From Amoebophrya sp. A120 (lineage: Eukaryota > Protista > Dinoflagellata): a stretch of 64,000 nucleotides of DNA. The stretch is from positions 3,803,519-3,867,518 of the forward strand of contig CAJINV010000004.1 of assembly GCA_905178155.1 (NCBI GenBank), in the 5' to 3' direction. The position numbers and the translations under genes were made by a program. Position 1 is the first letter of the stretch; each line of letters begins with the position of its first letter. Below, piece after piece: positions 12,402-23,626 of this stretch. Below the pieces are notes generated by a model. It had not been told where the DNA came from. It made no database searches and saw only the letters and a program-made list of their open reading frames with translations.

Positions 12402-14007
12402 ATGTTGAACGCGGCAGCTTCGAGCAAGTACGCAGTGGGGGCGCAAGATCGAGCGGCAACCGCAGATAATCTTCCGCCTCCGTACAACTTCCAACCGGGG
12501 TCCAGAATGGTCCAAGAAAGCAGCGCCACCACGACCACTCTCCCCGGCGGTGCTGGTGCGACCAGTCCTGCGTCGTCCGGGACCGCGGCGCAAGAGCAGC
12601 GGCAAATCTGGATCGAGCACGCCCGCGTGGTGGCGGCGGGCACCATTGTGTACTGTGGTTTCTTCGCGTTACTCTCGCTCATCGTTGGGATTTCGGACGA
12701 CAGCGTGGCGCTGATCGGGTTGGCAGTGGAGTTCTCCCTGGACGCGATCACCAGTTTTTTGGTGCTCTGGCGGTTCAAGCGGGGCAAGCAGCGGAATTTC
12801 ACGTCGCAGTACGCCGAGGCCGATTTCCAGGCGCAGCGCGACCGTTTACGGGAAAAAAATTCCGGGATCGGCATTGGCATCGTGTTTCTAACCTCCGTAT
12901 GAACTGCAAAAATGTCTGGGTCTGGAAGAATCCGAACTTGTGATCCGCATCTCAGAACACAGAAAAACCTGTCATGCGTAGGTAGCAAAACCTGCTCGCT
13001 TTCTGTCACCAAAATGGGGGATTTGTCATGCGGATTCGGCATTGCGGAAGCTTCTCGAAAACTGTGATGCTAGAGCTTCCATTCCAGACCTTCTGTGTCA
13101 TGCAAAATCAGCATGAGTCTTCCAGACCCAGACACTTTTGCAGTTGATACTCCGCCCTGTTCCTGTTCTGCATGGCGATCTGGAAACTGGCCAGCTGGGA
13201 CAACCGCGGCACGCACGGGGACGCAAACCGGTCCACTTCGTTTTATGCATAATTGCAAATATGTCTGGGTCTGGAAGACCACCGATTTCTCATGCTAGTC
13301 TGGCATGACAGGGAGCTCTGTATTGCGCGACCGCGAACGCCTTGTCTTGTTTGTCATGAGAAAATGCTGTTTCTCATGCGGAATACGCAACACAGAATCA
13401 CGAAAGAGTCTGTGATGCTTGGCGTTGCATTACAGTGTACTATACTATTCGCTGACATGCATCACAAGTTTCCAGACCCACACATATTTGCACTTAAAAC
13501 GTTTTACTCGGAGGCCATCGCTTGGCCGTGTGCGATCGTGTTCAGCGTCTTAGCCGCGGTCAAAAGGCAGCTGGCGCTGGATTTGGGCAGCAGCGTACTG
13601 TATGAAGGTACCGCTTACATTCATAGGAATTTTCATGTCATGCTAGGAATTCATCTTTGCATCTTGATTTGATTCGCATGTTGACCACCTCGTCGGTCCC
13701 GCTCGCTGTCTCACATGGTTGGGTCCTCCATAACTGCTACGCGTGCGTATTGGCTGCTTGCTTTAACTACACAGAATAAACCACTACTACAGACGCCTTG
13801 AGCAGTTTCCTCGGCGCCGTACTGTCCGGGGTCGTGATAGTCGCCGGGTTCCTGGAGCGCCTCCACGTGCCGGGCGCCTGGCGCGCGGACGCCATCGCGG
13901 GTTTCTTCATTGCCGCGGCCCTGGGCTACGAGGGACAAAGGGCACTGCGCGCGAACTTGGACGGGAGTGGCGATGAACAGCACCAAATGATGCAGGAGCT
14001 ACCTTAA
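12402..14007 (+). CDS. TMEM163-like / cation (Zn) efflux family membrane protein; may extend 5' to ~11321
   Basis: SVALIGLAVEFSLDAITSFLVLWRF and LGSSVLYEDALSSFLGAV..WRADAIAG, with about six TM segments, after removing two introners and the GT-AG intron 13608-13792. Confidence 0.75.
12898..13149. mobile_element. Introner family A
   Basis: Family A TIRs; DR CTCCG. Confidence 0.9.
13244..13499. mobile_element. Introner family A
   Basis: Family A TIRs; DR CGTTT. Confidence 0.88.
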
Positions 14008-14669
14008 AGATGGAAGGAGAAGTCATGCGCAGGAACGACTCTAAGTTCAACACTGTATCATGGTATCAACCGTGACTCCACGCACCTCCTTCTCGGTTCT
14101 GAATATGCGGAAGAACAACTTTCTTCGAACGCTCAATCGATGACTGCGGGTAAAGCTAAATGCGCACGACTTTTATCAAACGTCGCCTGGCGCGTTTTCA
14201 TCGGTCCCACTCCGTGGTCCCCCACTCTCTGTCTGACTGTTCGAACGGTCGTGCAACGTTCGGCAGTACTGCTGCACGGAACTGAAGTTGCGTCGGTTCT
14301 CGATATGGTTAGCTCGTAAAGCTTTTGGAAATCGGTTCGTTCTGAGCACAGCTACAGCGAGAGCCGCATAACGCAGAAAATCACTCAATCACGTGTGGGT
14401 GAACTACGAAGGCATTCGTGTAGACGTGTCGTTCATGGCATAAGAAGTGATGAAGCAAGCTTCGTACTCGGTGTGTGTCCAGTCGTGATGAACGTCGAAT
14501 GTACGTCGTCCGTCTTTATGCATCTATCTACTAATAAGTACGTGCAGCAAGTTTATTTCATCTGTGCAACTTCAAGCGGGGCCTTGCTGCCCTCTGGGAT
14601 TTTGCGTTGCAATATGTAAAGCAAATTACGCTCGGTACGCAGGTTAGGAGTAGGACACTTACTTCATTC

Positions 14670-14741
14670 GGTCTCGTGCGTTCTGAAGGTCTCGTGCGTT
14701 CTGAAGGTCACGTGCGATCTGAAGGTCACGTGCGTTCTGAA
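14670..14741. repeat. 18-bp tandem repeat x4 (GGTCWCGTGCGWTCTGAA)
   Basis: Read directly. Confidence 0.9.
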
Positions 14742-16854
14742 GCTAACAAATTCGTTCGGTTGCTCGTCAGCAATTCAGTACCTTCCTGAAGGCGGTAGCG
14801 CAATTCTTTCGCAATGAAGGAAGGAACGAAAAAGAGAGAAGAATAGCATAAGCCTGATTTCGCCAGAGTTGTGCGTGGGCTCTCACCTGAGTAACAATCT
14901 TGATTATTGCTGGGATGCGCACAGCCGCATCCGCGCGGGCCCATCACGATTTGATACGAATGGAAAGAACAGCAACAGAAGAGCAGCTGCAACCTCGAGC
15001 AGAATGATGAATAAGCCGCCCCCCTCTTGCAAGTAAAGAACGTAAACCCCTGTTGAAAAAAATCAAGAACCAAAAGTCCCAAACTCAATCTGAAATTCTA
15101 AGCGAGCTTATCAGTATCACGATCAGACCAGTAACGCAACGCCATAGCTCGGGGTCTTCTCCTGTCCCTCGTCCTGTGGATGTAGTTTTTCATTTTCCCT
15201 GTGTCTCTTCTCACTCTGCTACCGTGTTTTGTTTTATTTGGCAAAGCAAAAGTTCGCACTTATCCTCTTGCCAATTATTTGCGTCAATCCTGTTTTTCAT
15301 CGCAGGAACAGTGGCTAATTTCGTCCTCAGTGCAGTAGTTTTGCCGAATTGAGATTCAGCAGCGTTTGCTTCCGCTTTGTCGGCAGCAGGAGGATACTTA
15401 CACGAACATCATAGAAGACCCACCGCTGCAGAGGAGGATTTGAAGCGGACGCACTGAGGGAGGTAGGTACAACCAGCGACAGCGGCCCGAAATCTTCGGC
15501 GGCCTGGCACGATAGAAGAACTACAGCAGCTGCGTGTGGATAATTTTAAGACTCCGACGTGGGCATTCGCTTTGTGTTTGTTCTTTTTGGACCGACTCTG
15601 AACAGGCATGGGCAACAGCTTGGAAAGGTAGGCCGGGTCACGCCCTTCAAGTTGAAATCACACCCCTTAAGGTACCGGCATCATGCCCCTCAAGCTTCGG
15701 GGCGTAGGGTTCGGGGCTCGGAGCTCGGGGCTCGGGGCTTAATAGGGCCGCCGGGGCCAGCCGTCGCGATTGCCGGCCCCGACCATTCCTTTGCTGCACC
15801 CCCCCGTCGCCAAGCGGGGGCGAGGCTTCCCCTGACCCCCCGGGGGGGGCGCGCCTGCTTTCCCCGTCTTATCTATGTATATGCTTCCCGCTTAGGCCTT
15901 CGCCTTCCCTTCCGTCCGAGTGTTTCTGGCGGGCGCACTTCGTAAGTCGCCCCGAGGAGGCGTCGCGCCGCTCGTGCTCTAAAGCTCCAGGCGCCTTTCC
16001 AGCTACTTCGTTTGGAGGATGGCCACCCGGCGGTTCTGGTGTCTCCGGTTCCGGAGCATGGCTACCGGGAGAGCCCCCCGCCCCGAAGGACTCGGGGCGG
16101 GGAATACCTACGCCGACTCCTTATCGGACGGGCTGGCTCCGGGGCGGGGCCACGCGCGCGCCTAGCGCGCGGGCCCGTCTGACCGGGGCCCTGGCCCCAC
16201 GCACTCCTGAACCCCCGGAACCTTCAGGGGGGTGGCCCTTCCTTGGGGGCGTGGTCCGGCCGATCCGAGTACTTGGTACTACAAGGAACAACAGTGTCGG
16301 TGCACGGAAAATGGAGGATACGGGTATTGGTTTTCCAAATACCTTGGGGAGACCACGCCCGACGATAACGACCAGTACCAGTGTAGCATTTATTGCAGTG
16401 TCACTGGTGGGTACCATGGGGGGTCCAGCGATTCATTGCTGCTCGGGCTCACCTCGCGATTGGAAACCATCTTCAGAGAACAGGGGGGCAGCAAGTTCGG
16501 TTGGTGTGCTCAAGTCAACTCACAAGGGCCTCGACAGGCCACTGCGAAGATGAAAGAGTTGGTTTATAACAATCCGGACGTGGATCGGGACGCCAAACTA
16601 CGATCCGGACATTTTTTTGAACGCTCTAGCCGGTTTTTTCGATTCACACCTTCAACAATTGTGCGACCCACGGCTGCGACAGTTCTTTGAAAAGGTGCAA
16701 ATTCAGAATTTGCACTATTTCAATGAACAACGTTTTCGAAAATTTCCAATTCCAAAATTTGAAAACGTAGCGAAAGTGATGCTGCGCTTGTCTCTTGGGA
16801 AGTACAACTCGTTGGGGGAGGCAAACGGGGAGATACGCGATATGTTTGGATTGA

Positions 16855-17109
16855 TATGAGGGTCTCAGATGTGAAATTTGAAAAAACCGAAAAAAAAAAC
16901 TAGCTAATTTAGGTAATTTATCACTTATCTCATGAACTAGCTAGGTCAGGTAGGGCGGTCTCGTGGTCTCCGGCTGCGGACGCAGCCGGAGACCTCGAAA
17001 CCGCTCCACCTTAACTAGCTACTGAACTACTTACATGATTATTTATGCATCGAAACTAGCTAGTTTCTTTTTTGGAAAAATTTGAAACTTCACATCTGAC
17101 GACCTCATA
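16855..17109. mobile_element. Palindromic MITE, Tc1/mariner-like ends
   Basis: TATGAGGGTCTCAGATGTGAA...TTCACATCTGACGACCTCATA; central hairpin GGTCTCCGGCTGCG-GA-CGCAGCCGGAGACC. Confidence 0.8.
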
Positions 17110-17110
17110 A

Positions 17111-18325
17111 AGCACTATTAAGATTAACAGCGACGTGTCTCACGCTGTAGAAGCAAACCTCGTCGCGCAGTTGATGACTATCCAGGTAAACCAGGCGTAT
17201 ACGGATTGGGCGAGCAGCTGGACGCACGCCGTCGCCCCCGCCGGGGGGCGACCCCATTCCTCCTTTCTTGAAGAAGGAGCTACGCAGACGCAGCATTCGC
17301 ACGCAGCACTGCGTGGTGGACCCGAAGCAGCGACAGGGTCAGCACCTTTTGCTGACGAAGTCTCGACAACTCCCGTGCCCCCTCGTGACTCTCTGGCTTC
17401 GCCGACCGTCTCTCCCGCCACGCTTGCCGGACGAACAATGGACGACGGCGTCCTCTGGTCTGAGATGCAAACGTCCCCCAGTACGGGTCTTGGGATCGAA
17501 ACACCGCCGAGTACTGCTGGAGAAAACAGCCCGTTGTCAAGCGGACAGCTGAATGCTGTTGCGGAGATGCCGGGCGATGTGAGCAGTGGCAGCGGGAGTC
17601 CTGGTGCGCAGAACGGCCTTTTTCGTGTGGTGTCACCAGAAATTTCGCACGCTCCTCCCGCTGCTGACGGGCCTGGAAATTGCCCAGACGACCACCCCCG
17701 GAGCAGTTCTGGGGAAACAGCTGCCGCGTCTTCCAGCAGTATCACCTCGAGCCAGCAACGCCCATGCTCCAATGACGAGAAAACGACCAGCACCACCCGC
17801 GATGGCGACCAGAATTTTCGCGGCAACCTACGTGGAACTGCGATGAAGCAGGAGATCGCGAACGTGAAGGAGCTGCCAGCTTGTGACGGCGTGCGTAGCG
17901 CCGAGAGCCACAAGCTCGGTTTCGCGGTTTCGAAATCCTCTGCGTGGGCACAGGAGGGCGATGCACTCTCCGCCTTTTTACTAGCGTCGGTTGCTCTGAC
18001 GGCGCTTATCGGGCTGGCCTGCAACTTCGGTCTATTTCGCCGATGCAACTTCTTTTGTTGCGCGCGCGCGACGCGCGGTCTCAACTGGCGGAAAAAGGAG
18101 CACCTGCGAGCCTCGTCGCCCCTCCGCCCTGATGCCGCGTCGCCGTCTTCAGAGCATGGCGAAGCCAGATCGAAAAGTACCGCGGACCAAGGGCACTCAG
18201 ATGCCGCTTCTTGCGAACGTCATCCTGAACCAGAGGGACGAGGTGTCACCTTCCCCGGGCATCTTGAGCATCAGAGTTGCACGGATGGCACAACTTCAGA
18301 AACCCATGCGCTTCTGAATTCCTGA
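17111..18325 (+). CDS. Hypothetical Ser/Pro-rich protein with one C-terminal TM helix; possibly continues ORFs at 16232-16859
   Basis: ~400-codon open frame with hydrophobic ALSAFLLASVALTALIGLACNFGLF followed by RRC; no recognisable family. Confidence 0.45.
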   Translation, partial: STIKINSDVSHAVEANLVAQLMTIQVNQAYTDWASSWTHAVAPAGGRPHSSFLEEGATQTQHSHAALRGGPEAATGSAPFADEVSTTPVPPRDSLASPTVSPATLAGRTMDDGVLWSEMQTSPSTGLGIETPPSTAGENSPLSSGQLNAVAEMPGDVSSGSGSPGAQNGLFRVVSPEISHAPPAADGPGNCPDDHPRSSSGETAAASSSSITSSQQRPCSNDEKTTSTTRDGDQNFRGNLRGTAMKQEIANVKELPACDGVRSAESHKLGFAVSKSSAWAQEGDALSAFLLASVALTALIGLACNFGLFRRCNFFCCARATRGLNWRKKEHLRASSPLRPDAASPSSEHGEARSKSTADQGHSDAASCERHPEPEGRGVTFPGHLEHQSCTDGTTSETHALLNS

Positions 18326-20427
18326 CGGAACAAGGGCAGCGAAGATGACGTGTGGCCTTTTTCGTTTTTATTAATTTCACCTTTCATTCACATTCAGTTT
18401 CAGATTCAGCATCTTTTCCGTTTTTTAAAAATTTTTGTTTAATCATTGCCTATCAGTTGTATCAGATATAATGGATATATAACGAAGGTGTACACGGTTC
18501 ACTTTTCGGCAGTGGTAGATCTCCACTTCACTTCGAGTTTTCCAAAGCATGACCCTTGAGGCAAGAACGTAAAGCCAGACGAAACAGCAAATCTTGATTT
18601 TTCAAATAAAGAAGAAGAGCTCTTGTCTTCCAAACAAATTCTGTCTTTCTGGTTTGAGAAGTGCGGAGGGAGGCACAACAGCGCAGGTTTGAGGTTCTAT
18701 CTTTTCCCCCATGTCGTACAACGCTACTAGAGCTATTCATTGCGCGCTCACTTTTCGAAACAAGTGAAGCTCCCGGCTGTGCTTTCTGCTAGTGGCGATA
18801 CTGATGCCAAGAGTAGTAGTAGCACTTGGGCTGCTAGTCGCTTGTGTAATTGTACAGCACTGACTACGTGATAGTGCATGCTAAAGTTCGCGCAGCAATA
18901 GTAGTAATACAATACGGCTACGCTGCAGCCCCGTAGCTTTTCAGACCCAGTATATCAAAGCAGTGCCCCCGCGAGCTATTTTAGTTTTACAAAGAGCGTT
19001 TTCATTTCAATAAAAGAAGAGACCTACTGTAAAGAGCGTTTTTATTCATTTTTTGATTTTTATCTGCGTGTTCATACATATTAACATTAAGTATTTCGAT
19101 TGTTTTTATTTGGCTGCAAGGCTCTCGTCTCCCGGGTAAAAAACGTGGATACCTCGAAGAGCTCCCCCCGGAGTGCAGCTAGTATAGTTGACATCAGCAG
19201 CGCCAGTACTACAACTCCAGAGGAGAGGCATTCGCATGAACCACGATAGGGTGCACAATGAACAGGTAGTGCCGCAGCTCCTGCCTGTCTCAGAATTCGG
19301 AAAAATGCTAAAGTGCACGGCCGCAGGTTCATGCAGGTGGGAGTTTAGTCTTTTCAGTCGCAGCAGTTCTCGGGGTGGGTGGTGATTTCGCGGCTGCGCT
19401 GCAGTTTCATCTTCGACAAGTAGAAGACTACAGAGCCTCCAGCGAAAGCATCAAACAAGGTCAAGACTATAGAAGTGACCTCCTTGAAAATAAAAGACAG
19501 CTCACCACTGCCCAAGCAACAATAGCAAGACCGCCCTCTGATGGATGCTACACGAGAAGAGTGAGGACGAACAAAGAGGCGACACTGAAGAGTATACGCT
19601 ACAGTGTAAATGCTTCATGGAACGAAATGTTTTGCACCCGCCCCCCCCCCCTTAGGGGATCCCAGGAGATGCTGAGAAGTACTTATGACTAACGAAAAGA
19701 AAGCAAGGCAAAAAGAGGTCGCTCTTCGCGACGAAATGTGTATACGCTATCGCATCAGCCGACGTGATGTTCTCGTTCCACCACGTACTTGATTACTTAC
19801 TCCGTAGCGAAGGCGCAAAGGAACTTTCTGCGACCGGCTAGTCGATTATCTGCTTCAATAGTTCTGCTGCTTCGTCACCGTTACCGTCACCGTCAATAGA
19901 CACAGGATCTGTCCCGGCAGTGGACCTCAAGCACGACTGCTCGACGTAGCAGCTACAAGCAAATGATGTTGCTTGCATTTTGCAAGGTCAGGGTCACGAA
20001 ATCTAGAGCGAAACACGACGAGCTCAGAAGTACGGTGTCTTCACACGGACCGTGATTCATTGTGTCAGACCTAGTATCGGAAATTTATTAACAAGTCCTC
20101 TTGGTTGCCACTGGTACTGTACTAGAAAGATGTACAAGATTTATGTCAAATGTCGGGATTAAAAACAATTAACCGTGCACTTTCCGTCCACAACATTTTC
20201 GACGCTTGGAAAGATAAGTAGACGTATTTAATTGACTGGATCTTCAGCTTCAGGTCGACTTACGTTTCAGTCCTTAAATTTTTTGGATCAGTGTTTTTAT
20301 CATCTACAAGCAGCGACGACAAACGCAATCCAGTTCTCTAGTCGAAGTCGACGACCAACACGCTTTACCTACACATCGGCAGCTTGTTGAACAGGAAACT
20401 TCATCACATTAAATCTACCATAGAAAA

Positions 20428-21400
20428 ATGGGCCTGTCCTTCGAAGAAGCAGCTGAGAAGGTGAAGACCTTCAAAAAGAACCCGGGCAACGACGTGAAAT
20501 TGGAGCTCTATGCCTGGTTCAAGCAGGTAAGTTAGAAGTGGTGAATCTGTGATGCATATTAAACATTGAAAATGCAATTGACGGACATTGTTTTTCCAAC
20601 GTCAACGTGCATGACAAGAATAAAGCTCGGATGATTTTATCATAAGGTAAAAGACGGCGACTGCAAGGGCGACCGACCGGGGATGTTTTCTATGGAAGCC
20701 CTATGGATTGCAAAAGTGTCTGGGTCTGGAAGATTCTAAACTTGTAATGCTGTCACTGGATTCTAAAAAAAATTGTATTGCATGACCCGCAAGAGGACTC
20801 CTGCTTGTGCTAGGCGGAGAGGGCATTTCTCTTGCGGTAGAGGCATCACGAATTGTTCTAAAAATCAGTGATGCATGCTAGGGCATGCATCACGGACATC
20901 ATGGGACATTCAAAACATGCATGACAAACCTGGCAATCTCCCAGACCCAGACATTTTTGCAGTTGATAAGCCCGGGCAAAGTACGACGCGTGGGCGAAGT
21001 GTATCGCAAGAAAAAATCCCCCCTCCCCATATCGAAAAGAGAATCCGTCATGCTGATTTGTGACCACAAATCAGCTTTGTTTTGCGTACACGGCAAACGG
21101 CAGCCATGTGGCGCATTGTGCAGCCACTCTGTCATGCGTTTTCGCATATGTCAGACTTGTTTCTCATGCGCAGCTGCTAGTAGCCGGATGCGTACCCAAA
21201 TGGGCTTAGAGCATGTAGTCGACAAGCTCGTCTTGCTACAGTACAAAGCTCATTTGTGTACGCAAATCCAGCAACACAAATTGTCTTTTGAGTATGGAAT
21301 GGGGGCTTTTTTCATTTTGATAAAGTGCACGGGTATGTCTCCCGACGACGCGAAGGCAAAATACATCGCGAAAGTAGAGGAGCTGATGGCGAAGGAGTGA
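20428..21400 (+). CDS. ACBP: Acyl-CoA-binding protein (84 aa)
   Basis: Spliced product MGLSFEEAAEKVKTFKKNPGNDVKLELYAWFKQVKDGDCKGDRPGMFSMEARAKYDAWAKCTGMSPDDAKAKYIAKVEELMAKE; GT-AG intron 20527-20646 plus two introners. Confidence 0.97.
20702..20968. mobile_element. Introner family A
   Basis: DR AGCCC; removal restores MEA-RAKY. Confidence 0.95.
21002..21322. mobile_element. Introner family C
   Basis: DR AAGTG; removal restores WAK-CTGM. Confidence 0.95.
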
Positions 21401-23626
21401 GGAAATTCAGGCCTGATTATATTAGACGGGACTTCTTCCGGTTCCGCATGATAGATTATACCTTGGAGTTCGACTGCGTGTTTTACTTTTACAAGACCCA
21501 ACGTGAAACGCCATCAAAAACCGCTTTGCTTCCAAAGTACCACAAACTTCGATCCAAAACGCGCACCCTTTTTTGCATCAGCGACATACTAGAATAAGAC
21601 TCAGCGATGTCAGGAGGACACAACATTGCCGCAGTCATTTAGATGTCGCATGGCAACCCCGGGAAAAGAAATAATCTGGATATAACGGAGGAGGTGTTCT
21701 GGTCCTGCCTTTGGCCCTGCGTGCTGCCACGTCAGTTCCCCTCGTGCGAACAGTCAAATCTTATGTCGGCAGAAGAAGATCTAGATCTTGGTTGAGCTAA
21801 AAAGATCCAAAACCAGAGAAAGTAAAACAGATCGAGCTCCCTTCCCAAGGGCTTTTTTCAAGATTTTTTTGCAAGAAACGATCAATTTCTCCTAACTGAT
21901 GTCACGTGCCGTGCCATCGAGAGGATCGTGAGTCCCTCCTGCGAAACGGATGACTCTATTGCCGCGTATTTGGGTCACTGCGATCTGGTTCTACTTTTTG
22001 CGTCGCAGCTTTCTTTTGATTTCTGTGGTTTTTTGAAGCCAAGCCGGATCATTGACATTGAGATTGATCTTGATCGCACCCCCATCATGATTGTAACGTG
22101 AAAAAACGGAGAACGTCGGGCTCGACGCCTTTCCGTAATAGGTCGAAGGAAACGAAAGCGAAAAGGTCCGGAAGTCGTTAGTATTCAAGCTCCCCCGTGA
22201 ACAAAACGTGACCACGATCGCTTCCCATCCGTGTTGCTGTTGAAAACGTGCCAGCTCCCCAGTAGTTCGCGTTCCGTATTGGATCCTCTGACCCGGAGTC
22301 CCACTAAGATGCAATTATCGGCGCTTTTAGTTGTGAAGAGCGTGCCTCTGCACCGACATAATTACAAGAAAGTATGGCAATGGTATTGATTTCCTGTCAG
22401 GTCTGTCATCCATCGGGATTGGAGTGGAGAAAGGAGTCATGTGTTTGTTTGTTCGTGGCAAGTGCAAGTCTTCATTTTCCCAACTATCCCTCGTGTGTAA
22501 TAATTCCACCGTGTATTAAGTAGCGGCTCTACTAGAAGTACCGTCTCAATAAATGAAACAGAAGATAATTTGAAGAAAAAGCTCAAGCATCAAGTATTGT
22601 TAGATCACTTTTCCTAATTCGTGTTCCCCAAGAGCAGACCTCTTGCTATTCACGAACAAAAGATCATCATTCTCACTTCTCTTTCCCGTCGTGTACTACT
22701 CTCTTGCGGCCTCGTTCGTGGTCACTGAAGGTTCTGCCTAGGAACTCGCAATATTAAAGAAAAAAGATAAAGAACCGTCGGACCGAATTCGGCATCCGAG
22801 TTCTTGACCTCTTGATGTCGATCAAATCAATAATTGATCACCTGCATGGATGTTCTATGCTACTAGAAGTTTTGAAATAAGAAGCAGTTCTTGAACACCA
22901 CAATTGGATTTGAAACTATTTGCCACCCTAAAAGTAAAATCATTTTGAAAAAAAAATATGTTTCCGTGAAGTGCTTTGGTATTTTGCCTCCTCTCTTCGT
23001 TTTTGATTTTGAATCGACCTACCACCACGACGACCCCGGGATCAAAAATGTGTAGTGTTGTGTCGCACTCGAACTTCTACCCGCTGGTGGCTGAGCATCT
23101 AGACGAGCCGCAGGAGCACTTCGTGACCCACGACCTGTCCGGCGGTTGTTCCATCGGAGCTGCGGGCCCTGATTGCTGCGAGGTCACGATGCAGTGATTT
23201 TTGCTCACGCGAAACAAACGGATGTGGAGGACGAGTAGCTCGGCAAGCCGCGCCTTTTTGATGTGGATGAGACCATTCCCACACCAAGAACTCAGAGCCG
23301 CATAAAGACCGAACTGACTACGAACACGCATCAACATACGACGACCTGCGGGAATATCCAACCGTTTTCTTGACCACACTTTCCTTCCCAAGGACGAAAA
23401 ACCAGCCGCCGAATTTCATCTTTTTTCGCACGAAGAACGAAACATTAAGCTACTAGCAACTCCGCGGGCAAACGGCGCGTACAACATCAACAAATAGCTT
23501 CCCTCGTGGTCTTCTTGACTTTTGTAGTTGTTGAGCCCCTACTTAGCCGACGTGCGCTCTTTGCAGGACCTTTTTACAAGGTTTTGCGAAGAGTGTCGCC
23601 GACAACATTGAAGCTTTCTAGGATAG

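Noticed and set aside
21991-22509. Minus-strand ORFs that could be a transposase or other gene relic
   Set aside because: No DDE, RT or other identifiable motif was seen.
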